A DNA stretch of 61,740 bases, filler included, from Hausera hauseri (taxonomy: Eukaryota), in the NCBI GenBank assembly GCA_046269625.1. It is 12 parts of 12 records of this genome, joined end to end, with 100 filler letters (N's around TTAATTAATTAA, not from the genome) between each part and the next. Parts side by side here need not be neighbours in the genome. Positions count along the whole stretch, not along the records: positions 47,285 to 52,084 come from JBJURY010431805.1; positions 52,185 to 56,996 come from JBJURY010426697.1; positions 57,097 to 61,740 come from JBJURY010491132.1; 9 more parts are not named here. One strand, written 5' to 3'. Below, one piece after another: positions 51,140 through 61,740 of this stretch; position 1 is the first letter of the stretch, and each line of letters starts with the position of its first letter. The notes beneath the pieces were generated by a model. That model saw nothing but the letters and a program-made list of their open reading frames with translations. It made no database searches and was not told where the DNA came from. The position numbers were made by a program, and so were the translations under genes.

Positions 51140-52084
51140 CCATTAAAACGGATGCTAGAAGAAAATATAGCTAGTATAACAAAAAACCCAAAGGATAACT
51201 GTATCCAAATAAACACAAAAGGACGGTTGATTAAAGGACGAGTAATCACAGTTCAATTCATAAGGGATGACAAATCAACTCATAATCAACAGTAACGTCA
51301 AACTGACGTCGAAAAGCCGAATAAATGTTGAAAGTTATCTCAGAGATATAGATATAAAATCCGGTTAGACTTATATGAAGTTCGACTGAACCAGTCGAGT
51401 ATTTACCTAGGAAGTTATCAATTGGAAAATCCAATTTGGGGAATTCTGCCTAAGACGAAAACAAGCAAAATTACGACTACAAAAACAAATACAACCACGT
51501 CTACATCCACCAAAATCGTCCAAACGAGTGGATTACCTCAGAAGAATCTAGAAATGATTCCTATAAAATATTGGACGCAACAATATGAAATAACGTTCAT
51601 TGTGGAAGAAGCACTGAATTACGACGTAAAAATAAGCTGCCGAACATTATACAACAATCAGAAAGTGACACTGGCTAAAGGAAGCCATCGAATTAAATGC
51701 ACCTACTTAGAACCCAAAACAGACTACATAATACAAATAGGTGCAGAAAATAAACAAAGTAAAACGTTTACGGTTCGCTACCTAAACGAGATTGTCTTAA
51801 CGAAACCATTAACTAACGAGGAAACAAAAGATGAAATTACGACTACCGCTAAAACGAAAAAACTAAATAGACAACTTTGTCATTAATATAGATTGTTGGA
51901 ACGTCAACGTTTGCTCTCATAATTTTTATTGCACTTTGCCGATTGATTACCAAAAATTGTTACAGTAATCGTCACAAAATCAACGAGAGGGAATTAAGGG
52001 TGATGATACCGAAGGATGAAATCAATGATGGAATAACCTGACAGTTACAGATAGAGTTATTCCGCCATCAAACAAAGAATTGGT
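51140..52084 (+). pseudogene. Putative type I membrane protein: FN3-like domain(s), Thr-rich stalks, TM, cytoplasmic tail
   Basis: CTYLEPKTDYIIQIGAEN (FN3 L.P.T.Y...V.A.N signature); TKTSKITTTKTNTTTSTST; LSLI*IVGTSTFALIIFIALC-RLITK. Confidence 0.55.
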
Positions 52085-52184
52085 NNNNNNNNNNNNNNNN
52101 NNNNNNNNNNNNNNNNNNNNNNNNNNNNTTAATTAATTAANNNNNNNNNNNNNNNNNNNNNNNNNNNNNNNNNNNNNNNNNNNN

Positions 52185-52600
52185 TCTACAGATCCCTGGA
52201 TACTCCTTGACCATGTTGATTTCTTCTTTCTTAATCTTTACTTCGTGAATCTTCCGTATTTTTTCCTTTATGGATTCCGCGTGTCGTTTGTCACTGACAC
52301 ATATCTTTTTTCTCATCTCACTATTAATACAACATTGGAACAATAGTTCCTGTTTCAGAGCCTCGCGTGAAAGATTGTGCTTCATGACTTTATCCAGCAA
52401 TTTTTCGATTGCCTCGAAATAAGTCTCCAGTTTCGCTTCATTCATTCTGTACTCAAGTGCTTCTTTCCGATCTCCACACAGCATTGAGAATTGGGCGGAA
52501 GCCTTCCGTAGTCGGTTTTGATATTCCGTTATCTTTGCATCTACTGTCTCGTATTATTTTTGTGCTTCTTCCTCCAAGAGGCATTCAACCATGATTTCAA
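52185..52600 (-). mobile_element. Unidentified charged ORF remnant, possibly a retroelement gag N-terminus
   Basis: Glu/Lys-rich open frame running into the gap; no diagnostic motif. Confidence 0.25.
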
Positions 52601-53989
52601 CAATGATTTCCGACGCCGTCCACATCATCGCCCAGCTTGGGTATGGTTGGAAAATCCCCGCCCCTGGCATCTCCGCTAAAGCGGAATTTGATCGTTTGTA
52701 ATTACTCATTGAAAAGTTAACACCAGTTGTTGAAAATTTTATTGTCTCTCAAAATACTCATTTGGGAACAAATTTTCCGAAATTACAAAATTAAATTATA
52801 CTTTTAATATTACATTTTTAAATTAAATTCATGGTTGGATTTTTAACATTTAAAAATGCTTCGAATTTAAATTTAGAATTTCAGTTCTCGATTATATCCT
52901 CACAATATAAATGTGATATTTTACCAATGACACATGCATAAAGTATTTTGTAAATCTGTGTAAATTAATTTTAAGTTTATTCTACAATTGGAAAAATTAT
53001 TATAAATATCAGTTTTTAAGGTTTGTAAACTCATGTCGCACATATCATTAATTAGCACATTCTATGCGAGTACGTGGATGTGAAGCTCGTGTTAACTCGT
53101 TTCCTGCGCAGAATGTGTTTCTGAATTATAACACTTAGGAAATTCAAATAATAATTATAAATTTCGATTTTACTAATATTTAATTCTTGTTGGGCGTTTC
53201 TAAAATTGTCCTTCTCCAAAACAAACCCAATACAAAATAATACACCATTGTATTTGTTGAGCTCAGCTCATCGTCATTATCATCTTCGAAAATTGTGCAA
53301 CTGCAGCAGGGAACCATAGCGACGAAACAACTCAGCTAGGCACTCAGGTTTCTTTGGAACGATAATCTCAACACTGTCGGTTCCGCTTTCTACAACAAAT
53401 CGTAGCCCTCCATCACCAGCATACCCAACCGCTACACCTTCCAGAAATTTGTGTCTGAAGGATGCGGCTTGAAATTCGACGCACCAACCACGAATCATTG
53501 TCTCCACCCCAAACAATTCAGATCATCCATCGATTCTCCCAATTAACCCAAATTGCCACACAAACACCGCAGACACTCATTTCACAAATATTCGTCCTCT
53601 TGCTCCAATGGGACATTGCATCATTAAAATTTAAAACAAGACCCAATGTTCGAGTACTTGCACACAATAAAACTCCAAGGCGAATAAACTCATACCTTGT
53701 TGAGTGATCACTCCCCCCCCATCCTAAGCCGAGGTAGCCTCTCTGTTCTTAACAGGGCCATGGTCAGAAACAACTGATGATCTTCATGAACAAAACTCAA
53801 TTCATCGTAAGACGTATGCTTACAGACTCTCTCCACACTGACATCTTTAATATCCGTCTTTGGAACGACAAGAATTAATAACTTTTCATCAGCCGTTTTG
53901 TAGTCCAAAATAATAAAAAAGAAGCAACTTGATTGATTCCATTGTCGCACATTCTTCCTTCTTCCATTCCTACACCAATTTCAAGTGAA

Positions 53990-55245
53990 GTTAATTCAAA
54001 CGCACCAGCATCTGTAAACGCATTTGTCTTCAATAGCATTTTAATGGCCTTTAATCCATCATTAATAGCCTCTTTGATTTGTGTTAAAGTATGTTTATTC
54101 GGTCCTCTAATCAACAAAGTAACTGACAATGGATTTCTGCATTCCTCAATAAATGTAAATTTCACATCTCCAAGAGCATATTCATAAACAAGACCGGTAT
54201 AACCCAGACAATCTGGTGCTAGTTCTTCAACACAATTTACGGCATAATCACCACAGGCTAACGCCATTCGTTCCACGTTTCTTCGCTTAGCACGTCGTAG
54301 AGCTAAAATTCCTTCTTTGGCAAGCATATCCAACGACAAAGGATCAATTCCTTTTTGGTTTATCACAACAAAATTATATTTAGAATCACCTTGGGCTGCA
54401 GCTTCATCACAAACCTGTCTCTTCAGAGATATAATTTTTTGAACTCGTTCGTCAGTGAATTGTCTTTCGGCTTGGACTAACTTTTCTCGTTTAACTGCAC
54501 TCTTGTAGAAAAAACTACTGTTTATTTCAGTTTTTTCATATTCCAACGACACATTGCATGTTAAGATAAATGCATTTTTAACCCTCTTGGGCATGTCCGG
54601 ATGACGACCACCATAGTTGAGTACTAATCCCTTGACCAATTTACTATCCATATCTCGTTTATGTTGCATTTGCATAATTTCCAAACGATGAAGATCCAGT
54701 GCAGAATATGAATCATAAACACTCAATACAGCGTTTACGATATGATCGCTCAACATTTTAGCCAAATCGCAGTCCAATTTCGTCTTTACGGACGTTCCAG
54801 CGACGTTAACTAAAGTTTGACGATCGAGCTTTTCAATATCTGAAAACGGTTTCGTTATTTTCATCCTTTCTAAGACTTCAAGTGCCTTCACTTTTGCAAG
54901 ATCGAAACCTTCGGTAATTAGTCGAGGATGAAATGACTGCATATATAGTCCATCATACATTAATCCATCAGCCTACGTCAATAATTCTGCGATCATCAAT
55001 ACGATGCTTGTCGTTCCATCACCGGTAATATGATCTTGAGCAGCCGCAGCTCAAGCAATTAAACTAGCATCTTTGGTTAATTTAATATCTCCAGCTGCAG
55101 ATACCAACATCTTTAAAGTTCCTTTCGGGCCAAAATTGCTCTTTAAGACATCAGAAAGGCCTTTATAAGCTGTAAGATTGATATTGAATGCATTCTGTGA
55201 CTTCGCATATTCAGCTTTGGGATTTAATAAAGCTATTGACGCCAT
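53990..55245 (-). pseudogene. CCT6: T-complex protein 1 subunit zeta (CCT6) pseudogene, essentially intronless, 3' truncated
   Basis: [93 protein letters not shown]; in-frame stops and deletion of the GNVLL..HPT segment. Confidence 0.92.
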
Positions 55246-55599
55246 CGATGAGAAATCTAGAAGTTTTAAATTCTGACACCAATTCTAATTCTGTTGAATA
55301 AAATCCATTGATCAACAATAACTGATGAGACAAAAGTACAAATCGTAGAAAAAAAATCAAAGTCAAAACGTTGATAAAAATCCAAAATGTCAAGTTGTAA
55401 AAGTTTTAAATTCAAACCCATTTTATGTTGGATAAGAGCGGAAATAACCAAATCAGTTTACAAATCGTTCTTACTAAAACTCGTTAGTTTACTAATTTCT
55501 CGAAGCGTGTCGCTAATTTTTTTAAATCCCATCTTCCAAGTCTCTCCACAAAAATCATATGTGAAATGGTCTGAACAATGTTCGTTGCTGCACGACACT

Positions 55600-56996
55600 T
55601 TTAAGAAGGGAGATCGGGCCCGACTATGGGCCCAAGGCAGCGACAACGGACGCCCGGCCGTGTCCAATCAAATGGACCAGAGGGCGCCGGCCTCTGTGGG
55701 CACCACATCAGCCCCCCCCGTGGCAAAGTAANNNNNNNNNNTGCTATACTTGCTGAATGTGACTCTGCGTGTTTTGTCTTTGTGCTGCGTGTTTATTTGC
55801 AGAGTTTAAGGTTGGAAAAAACGGTCAGATTTTGTTGTTAGTGTTGTGTGATGCCAAGACGAGTCAGAAAGAAGAGAAGAAGAAAGTGAAAAAGGAAGAG
55901 AGATTGTTGAAGACGGATGGTTAAAGGCATTCAAGAAAGTATTAGAATGTGGAGGGATAATAACAGGTGTAGTGGCGGATAAAGGAAGAGAAAGAGAAGT
56001 TGGAATTGAATGATGGGAGACAGTGGAAGTGGAAGATGAAACAGAAGTTGTAGTAGAGCGAGGAAAAGGGATAAGGAAAGAGGTAAAGAGAGGAGGAAGT
56101 TGTGAAGCGGAAGTGAAAGGAGTAAAAGATGATGTGTGAGGAGAAAGGGGGAAGAAAGTGCCGAAGATGAGGAAGGTGTGGAAAGATAGGGACAGAGAGA
56201 AAGAGAAGACGGCGAAGAGGTACAAGGCGAAAGAGAGAGAAAAGATGGAGAAGGCAAAGGAAAGTAGTTGTAGGGTGGTGTGCAAGAGGTTGGAATGATG
56301 ATAGGTGTAGATCGAGAGGTTGGTGAAATCCAAATGGTGTTTGATAGAGGAGGTATTGTAAGAGGAGAGAACAGGTTGTTATTAGGGGATGGAGGAAATA
56401 TTGGAAGGCTTGAAGGTGCAAAATCAGATAGGGAGAAAGTGGCTGAATTGTGAGAAGAAATTGAAGTGGCAATTTTGGGAAAAAGCATAGGAGAAAGTGG
56501 ACTAAGACATTGAGCAGAGATGGAAGGTGAATTCTTGGACTGCTGTGCGTCGTACAAAGATGTTGTTGGAGACGATACTTCTATGGAAGACGTATCGTCG
56601 ATGAAGAAGGCCGGTTTAATATTATTTATGTGAACGGTCACTTCTTTGTCGTCTTTGAGAATGATGATGTGGGAGTGTAAGCGAATTTTTTTGCAAGGGC
56701 CGACATACTAAAGTTGAACACCACACGGCGTCTGATTCTTTAGCCAAACGAACTTGACAGTATATAAATCGTCGGGTATGTAGGGTTTTATTTGCGTGTA
56801 ACAATCTGCAAAATGAGTCTTTGCTGATCTCAACAAAGTGTCTCTGTACAGCTTGTATGGTTTCATCTGTAGGAGAATTGTCCAGCTCAGTCAGCTCAAA
56901 TAATGATCTAATGGAAGTGCCAAATAATGCTTCTGCAGGTGAACAGCATGTAGAAGTAGATGGTGTGTTCCGCCAGCCAAGCAGAACGTACGGAAG
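55600..56996 (-). mobile_element. CsRN1-like element 3' end: integrase C-terminus, long S/P/T tail, PPT (55711-55720), partial LTR from 55707
   Basis: LGWRNTPS..CSPAEALFG, VHINNIKPAF, GGGGGGGG PPT, TGTGGTGCCCAC LTR start homologous to 13092. Confidence 0.85.
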
Positions 56997-57261
56997 NNNN
57001 NNNNNNNNNNNNNNNNNNNNNNNNNNNNNNNNNNNNNNNNTTAATTAATTAANNNNNNNNNNNNNNNNNNNNNNNNNNNNNNNNNNNNNNNNNNNNGGAT
57101 TATCCATTTTTATTGTATATATTTATACAACATTTACAAATTGTGCATTCATTCCAAATGTATTTATTATCTAATTTTATTATTATGCATCCTGTTTCAC
57201 AAAATGTACAATCTGAATTATTTTAACTCATTTTATTCCATATTTCTTATAATGTTGTGAG

Positions 57262-57392
57262 TAGTTATAAAAGGAGGGTTTGGAATTGGTTTTTCAAATT
57301 CTTAAAAAAATTTTCATAAGTGAGCGGTAGCGAGCGAATAAAAATTTCTTTAAAAATTTGAGGGCAGGCCCCAAACCCTCCTTTTATAACTA
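57262..57392. repeat. Palindromic MITE-like element
   Basis: Perfect 22-bp inverted arms tagttataaaaggagggtttgg / ccaaaccctccttttataacta plus inner paired arms. Confidence 0.8.
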
Positions 57393-57419
57393 ATAAATTA
57401 TTCCAGTTTTTTGCGATAG

Positions 57420-60400
57420 TTTTGGCAGGTGATAAGCTAAGAGGTGAAGTAGAAATAGGCGAAAGTATAGAAATAGGGTGTGGAGTAGAAATAGTGATAA
57501 AAGTAGGAGTAGAAGGAAATGCAGAAATGGGTGGAGGAATGGAATTGGTAGGTGACGATGTAGGAACAGAAACGGGAGCAGCCAAAAAACGTCTGGTAGA
57601 CTGGGGAATTGAAGTCGGGGTAGAGGTAAATACAGGGGTGAGAAAGGAGGTTGATGCTTCGGTTGGTGAGGTATTGTCGATGTAAAAGGCGGTTTTTAAA
57701 TTAGTAATATACACTACAACTTCTTTCCCGTCTTTGAGGATAATAGCGTTGTGCGAATACAGCTGCACCAATTTATATGGTCCTAAGTACTGTGGCTGAA
57801 AACCTCACGGTGTCTGTTTTTTTAGCCACACAAACTTTGCCGAGTATAAGTCTTCGGGTATGTAAGAATTCTCATTATGCAAGAGCCTGCAAAACGAATC
57901 CTTGCTGATTGTGACGAAATGATCCTGTGCTGCTCGTATCCTCTTGTCTCTTCAGGAGCCGTTAGTTCAAACAGTGGCAGTACAGGGGTTCCGAATAAAG
58001 CTTCCGTTGGTGAGCATCCTGTAAAAATAGACGGAGAGTTCGCCAGCCAAGCAGAACGAACGGAAAAAGAGTAGTCTAATTTGTGTTGCACTGTGCAAGG
58101 ATTTTGAGTGATGTTTTCAAAGTTTGGTGGAAACGTTCGAGAAAGCCGTTCGATTGGGAATGATAAGGTTTTGTATGAATGTGGCTTATAGTCAATCGGT
58201 TGACCAGGGATTTAAACAGATTTGACTCGAATTCCGGACCTTGGTCTGAGATGATATAATGAGAAGACCCTAACCTACTAATTCACGTACGGATGAAAGT
58301 ATCGGCGATATAATAAGACGATATAATGAGGAGACCCTAACCTACTAATCCACGTACGGATGAAAGTATCGGCTATAGTGTCAGTGTTTGTGCTCCGCAC
58401 TGGGATTGCTTCCGGCCATCGTGAGGAACGGTCCATCATGTTGATAGTAAATTCGTGGTCGTTGTTTATTGGAAGAGGACCGACGATATCTATATGTACT
58501 GTTTTAAAACGTGATGTGAGGGGGAAATGATATAATGGTGGTTTTAAATGTTTTATATTTTTAACAAGTTACGCACCGTTTAACTTATGCTTGCACATTG
58601 GGCGCATTGACGGCCAAACTACTTAACGTTGGAGTAAACAAAAAGTTGCTTTGGCACCAGGATGATGTAACAAATGTATACCATCAAATTCTTTTTTCTG
58701 TAAAGATTTGGCAAGAATTATTTTAGATTGTCCTGGTTTGGAAGTATTTATGTCAACGCCGTCAACGATGTGGTGAGACTTGAGCGACTTGCGGATATCT
58801 TGAGATGGCTGATTTTCTTGGAGTTTTGTCTGAGTAACAATTGGCAAAAATTGATTGAATCGACTGATCTGGATAAAAAATGGGTAACACCGTCAATATG
58901 TTTAATGTCGAAGTTAAACGTGGATAAATATGAAATTTGTCGCTCTTGTCGAGTTAAAGGGTGTTTCATTGCCATTATATTAATCAGCGGTTTGTGATCA
59001 GTCTGCATAACAAAATGACGAGCTGTAAGTAAGTGAAAAAAATGTCTTAAAGCAAGAACTATTGCCAGCAGTTCCCGATTGAAAGTTGAATATCTAGTTT
59101 CTGGCGGCGTTAATTTTCTGGAAAGGAATTCTAGGGGCTAATTTTCGCCTTTATACAACTGCTGTAGTATGGCACCTACTGCGATGTTTGGTGCATCTGT
59201 GGTCAAAATTAGCTCAGCGTCAGGCTTAGGAAATGCTAGTATTTTAACAGTTTTAGTCCTTCGCGAGGCCTATCATACTTATTAACCAGTTGTAGTGTCC
59301 ACATGATTTTCTGGTGTTTTTTTCCTCCCCTTAAGTGTGCAAAAGTGCCGTGAGTTCTGAACAATATTGGGTATATTTGTGGACGAAATTCAAGGTACCA
59401 AGAAAACTGCGCATTTCTGTGGTTGTTTTAGGTAGTTGGACGGTTTTAAGAGTCTCAACTAGATCAGGCTGAGGTGAATAACAGCTTAAAGAGATAATAT
59501 GTCCAAGAAAATTAACGCGTTTTTGGAAGAAGTAACATTTTGTAAAATTGAACTGTAGGTTGAACTCATTACGTCGTTGGAAAATATATCGTAGGTGTTC
59601 CTCGTCTTGTTTAGTGGAAGAAGAAGCAACCAAGATATCGTCAATATGTGTGTGCAAAAGGGAAGTGTGAAAGGATTGAGTCAACCTGTCGCTGAAAAGT
59701 CTACGCAGCATTCCAAAGACCGAAATGAATGTACAAGTACTTATAAAGACCGAAAGATGTGGAAACTGCAGTTTTCTCGATGTCTTCCGGTGCGACAGGA
59801 ATTTGATGGTATGCTTTGGCCAAATCAACTGTTGAGTAAACTCTAGTAGAATAAAGCCGATATAATATGTCTTTGATTAATGGTAGTGGATATACATCAG
59901 TTATGCTTAAAGTATTATGCTAGCGGTAATTGCCGCATGGTCGGAAGGATCCATCTTTTTATACAACGTGGAAAGGCGAAGAGCATGGGGATTTAGATCT
60001 GAGAACAATACCTGATTGTTCAAGTTCCATAAATTTCGCCTCTGCTGCCTGCCTGCGACGCGGTGACAATGAATGGACTTTTTGTAGAATTGGTCTTTGG
60101 TGTTGTGTAATTATATGGTGGTAAATGCCATTTATAGGGGTGGAATTTCGATCTTTCTGAAGTATACGAGGACAAGAAGTGTGGATGAATTGTTGTAAAC
60201 GTACTCGCAGTTGCTGGAATATTGGACGTGACGATGAACCAAGGTTGCTAGCAGTACTTGGTGAATGTTGGTTGATTGTCGGCGGGGAGTCGAGTGGAAT
60301 TTGATGTAGGATGTTCGTGTCTGAAACCTTATTCGAGTAAAAGTTGGTGTTCAATGATTTTACTGAAGATGCAAGATCATGAGCGTCGATATTGAGCTGT

Positions 60401-61740
60401 GACTGGCTATCGACATTGTTCTTTGAGAGCTTACGAGGTAAAACGTGATAGTTATGAGAATTAGGAAGTGGTGTTGACTGTTTTAAGATTGATTTCCTAC
60501 TTATTGTTGGATGTGCTCTCGTCGGAGGGCTGCCTATTTCTGTACTATAGTCTTCAGGTGTATTTGATTTCAGACGCCGTTGGTTGAAATTGTATAGCAA
60601 GTTTTAGTACGACAGGAAATCGCAACCAAGTATTGCCGTCTGGACTTTAGCAACTGTAAACGTCCAGTAAAATAATGAGGAAAATTTTGGGAGAGTGAAA
60701 GATAATTTGCAAGTTCCGGCAATATGAAGGGGTTGACCGGAAGCGGTGTATAACGGTTCTGTTTTAAATAAAGAGTGTTGAACTGGAAAAGAAAGTGGTA
60801 GTAATGAGATCGCTGCACCGGTATCAATGAGAAAGTCCATAAATTGAATGTTGGAGGTGGAAAAAGCAGCTTTTAGTATAAAGACTGCAAAAGAAATGTG
60901 GTGGAAAGAAGAATTAGATAAGTTGCTTTTACCAGAATCTGCCTTGATTACTGGCGGCAAAGTCAGTTTTTCGGATTGATAAGTTGAGACGGTTAACGTT
61001 ACAGAAACTGGAACGTTTATCAGTGGTGTAGTTATGGTTAGTTTTATAGTGGCGGCCTGAAATACAATTCCAAGCATTTGATCCAAATTTTGCATGATAG
61101 ATGCAAACAATATTATCTTAGTGCAGAGGCGAGGAACAATATCTACAGCCTAAACAGCATTTATTTGCTTTTTTATTAAATTTGTTATGATAATAACATA
61201 TAAATGATCGCGTTGGTGACAGTGTTCGATTTCTTGACGCAGAACGTGTTCGATGAGATGAGGAAGCATTCGGTCGATCTGAGACAAGGTCGTTCAGATT
61301 ACCATTGATGTTATTGATGGGATGTTGTAGTGAAGCATTTTCGGCGCGTAAATGGTTTAATTGGTGTTCAATAGATGTATGTCGTTAGCTGTCATCGGTC
61401 GTAATTGTGGCCGATATGATGGGTTGTTATTGTATTTGTAAACTTCGTGTGCTTTATCGGCCAATTCAGCTTGTTTATCTAAAGCTGTAGAATCCTCAAC
61501 AACAGTAAGTAAAGCCCTAATTTGAATAGGTAAATCATTAAGAAAATATCGGCGGAGTAAATCCGGATTGTGTTCCTTGGTGACACCCAGAGTACGTAAG
61601 TGGCGCAACGAGGTGCGTAAGAAATCTCTAGGCTTTTGTGTTCCCATTGCGTTTTCATTAATGAATCGTTGTATTATCGAGTCAATCGGTGATTCTGTTA
61701 GTTTTAACACGGCGTTGAACAACTGCGTATAAGTTATGGA
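57420..61740 (-). mobile_element. CsRN1-like element, decayed gag-pro-RT-RNase H-integrase-tail
   Basis: QKPRDFLR..LADK, double CHCC, FLIDTGAAISLL, ILGCDFL, SPCSSPFHVV, HIDDILV, TDHKPL, DIVGPLP, SDQGP, LGPYKLV. Confidence 0.9.

Larger units (their letters stand above)
41980..52084 (+). mobile_element. Large decayed Ty3/Gypsy-type element with envelope gene upstream of pol (both ends outside the contigs)
   Basis: Continuous plus-strand coding remnants with uniform A-rich composition: helical region, Ubl, AT-hook, glycoprotein, PR, RT, RNase H, IN, FN3-TM. Confidence 0.8.

Noticed and set aside
51888-51920. AP-endonuclease start (IDCWNVN)
   Set aside because: No downstream QET/GDFN motifs; another frame gives a convincing TM helix

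Overview
AT-rich eukaryotic (invertebrate-like, short ~35-50 nt introns) genomic DNA made of 12 short contigs joined by artificial 100-nt spacers (44 N + TTAATTAATTAA + 44 N). The window is mostly a decayed mobile-element region. It holds several Ty3/Gypsy LTR retrotransposon families (a nearly intact Mag-like element in permuted pol-LTR-gag order and four CsRN1-like copies), a Polinton/Maverick remnant (integrase, major capsid, adenain-like protease), small palindromic MITE-like elements, decayed copies of host genes (APC10, ARP5, CCT6, an ankyrin gene) and a GC-rich vertebrate-like IGDCC3 exon. The highlight is a >10 kb decayed Ty3/Gypsy-type element (41980-52084, with a second diverged copy at 13760-15288). 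It appears to encode one long polyprotein in the order helical repeats - ubiquitin-like domain - AT-hook - internal signal peptide - chuvirus-like (class III) glycoprotein - TM - protease - RT - RNase H - integrase, followed by an FN3/Thr-rich/TM surface protein. The envelope gene therefore lies upstream of, and probably fused to, pol. All family assignments come from motif recognition by eye; no database search was run.
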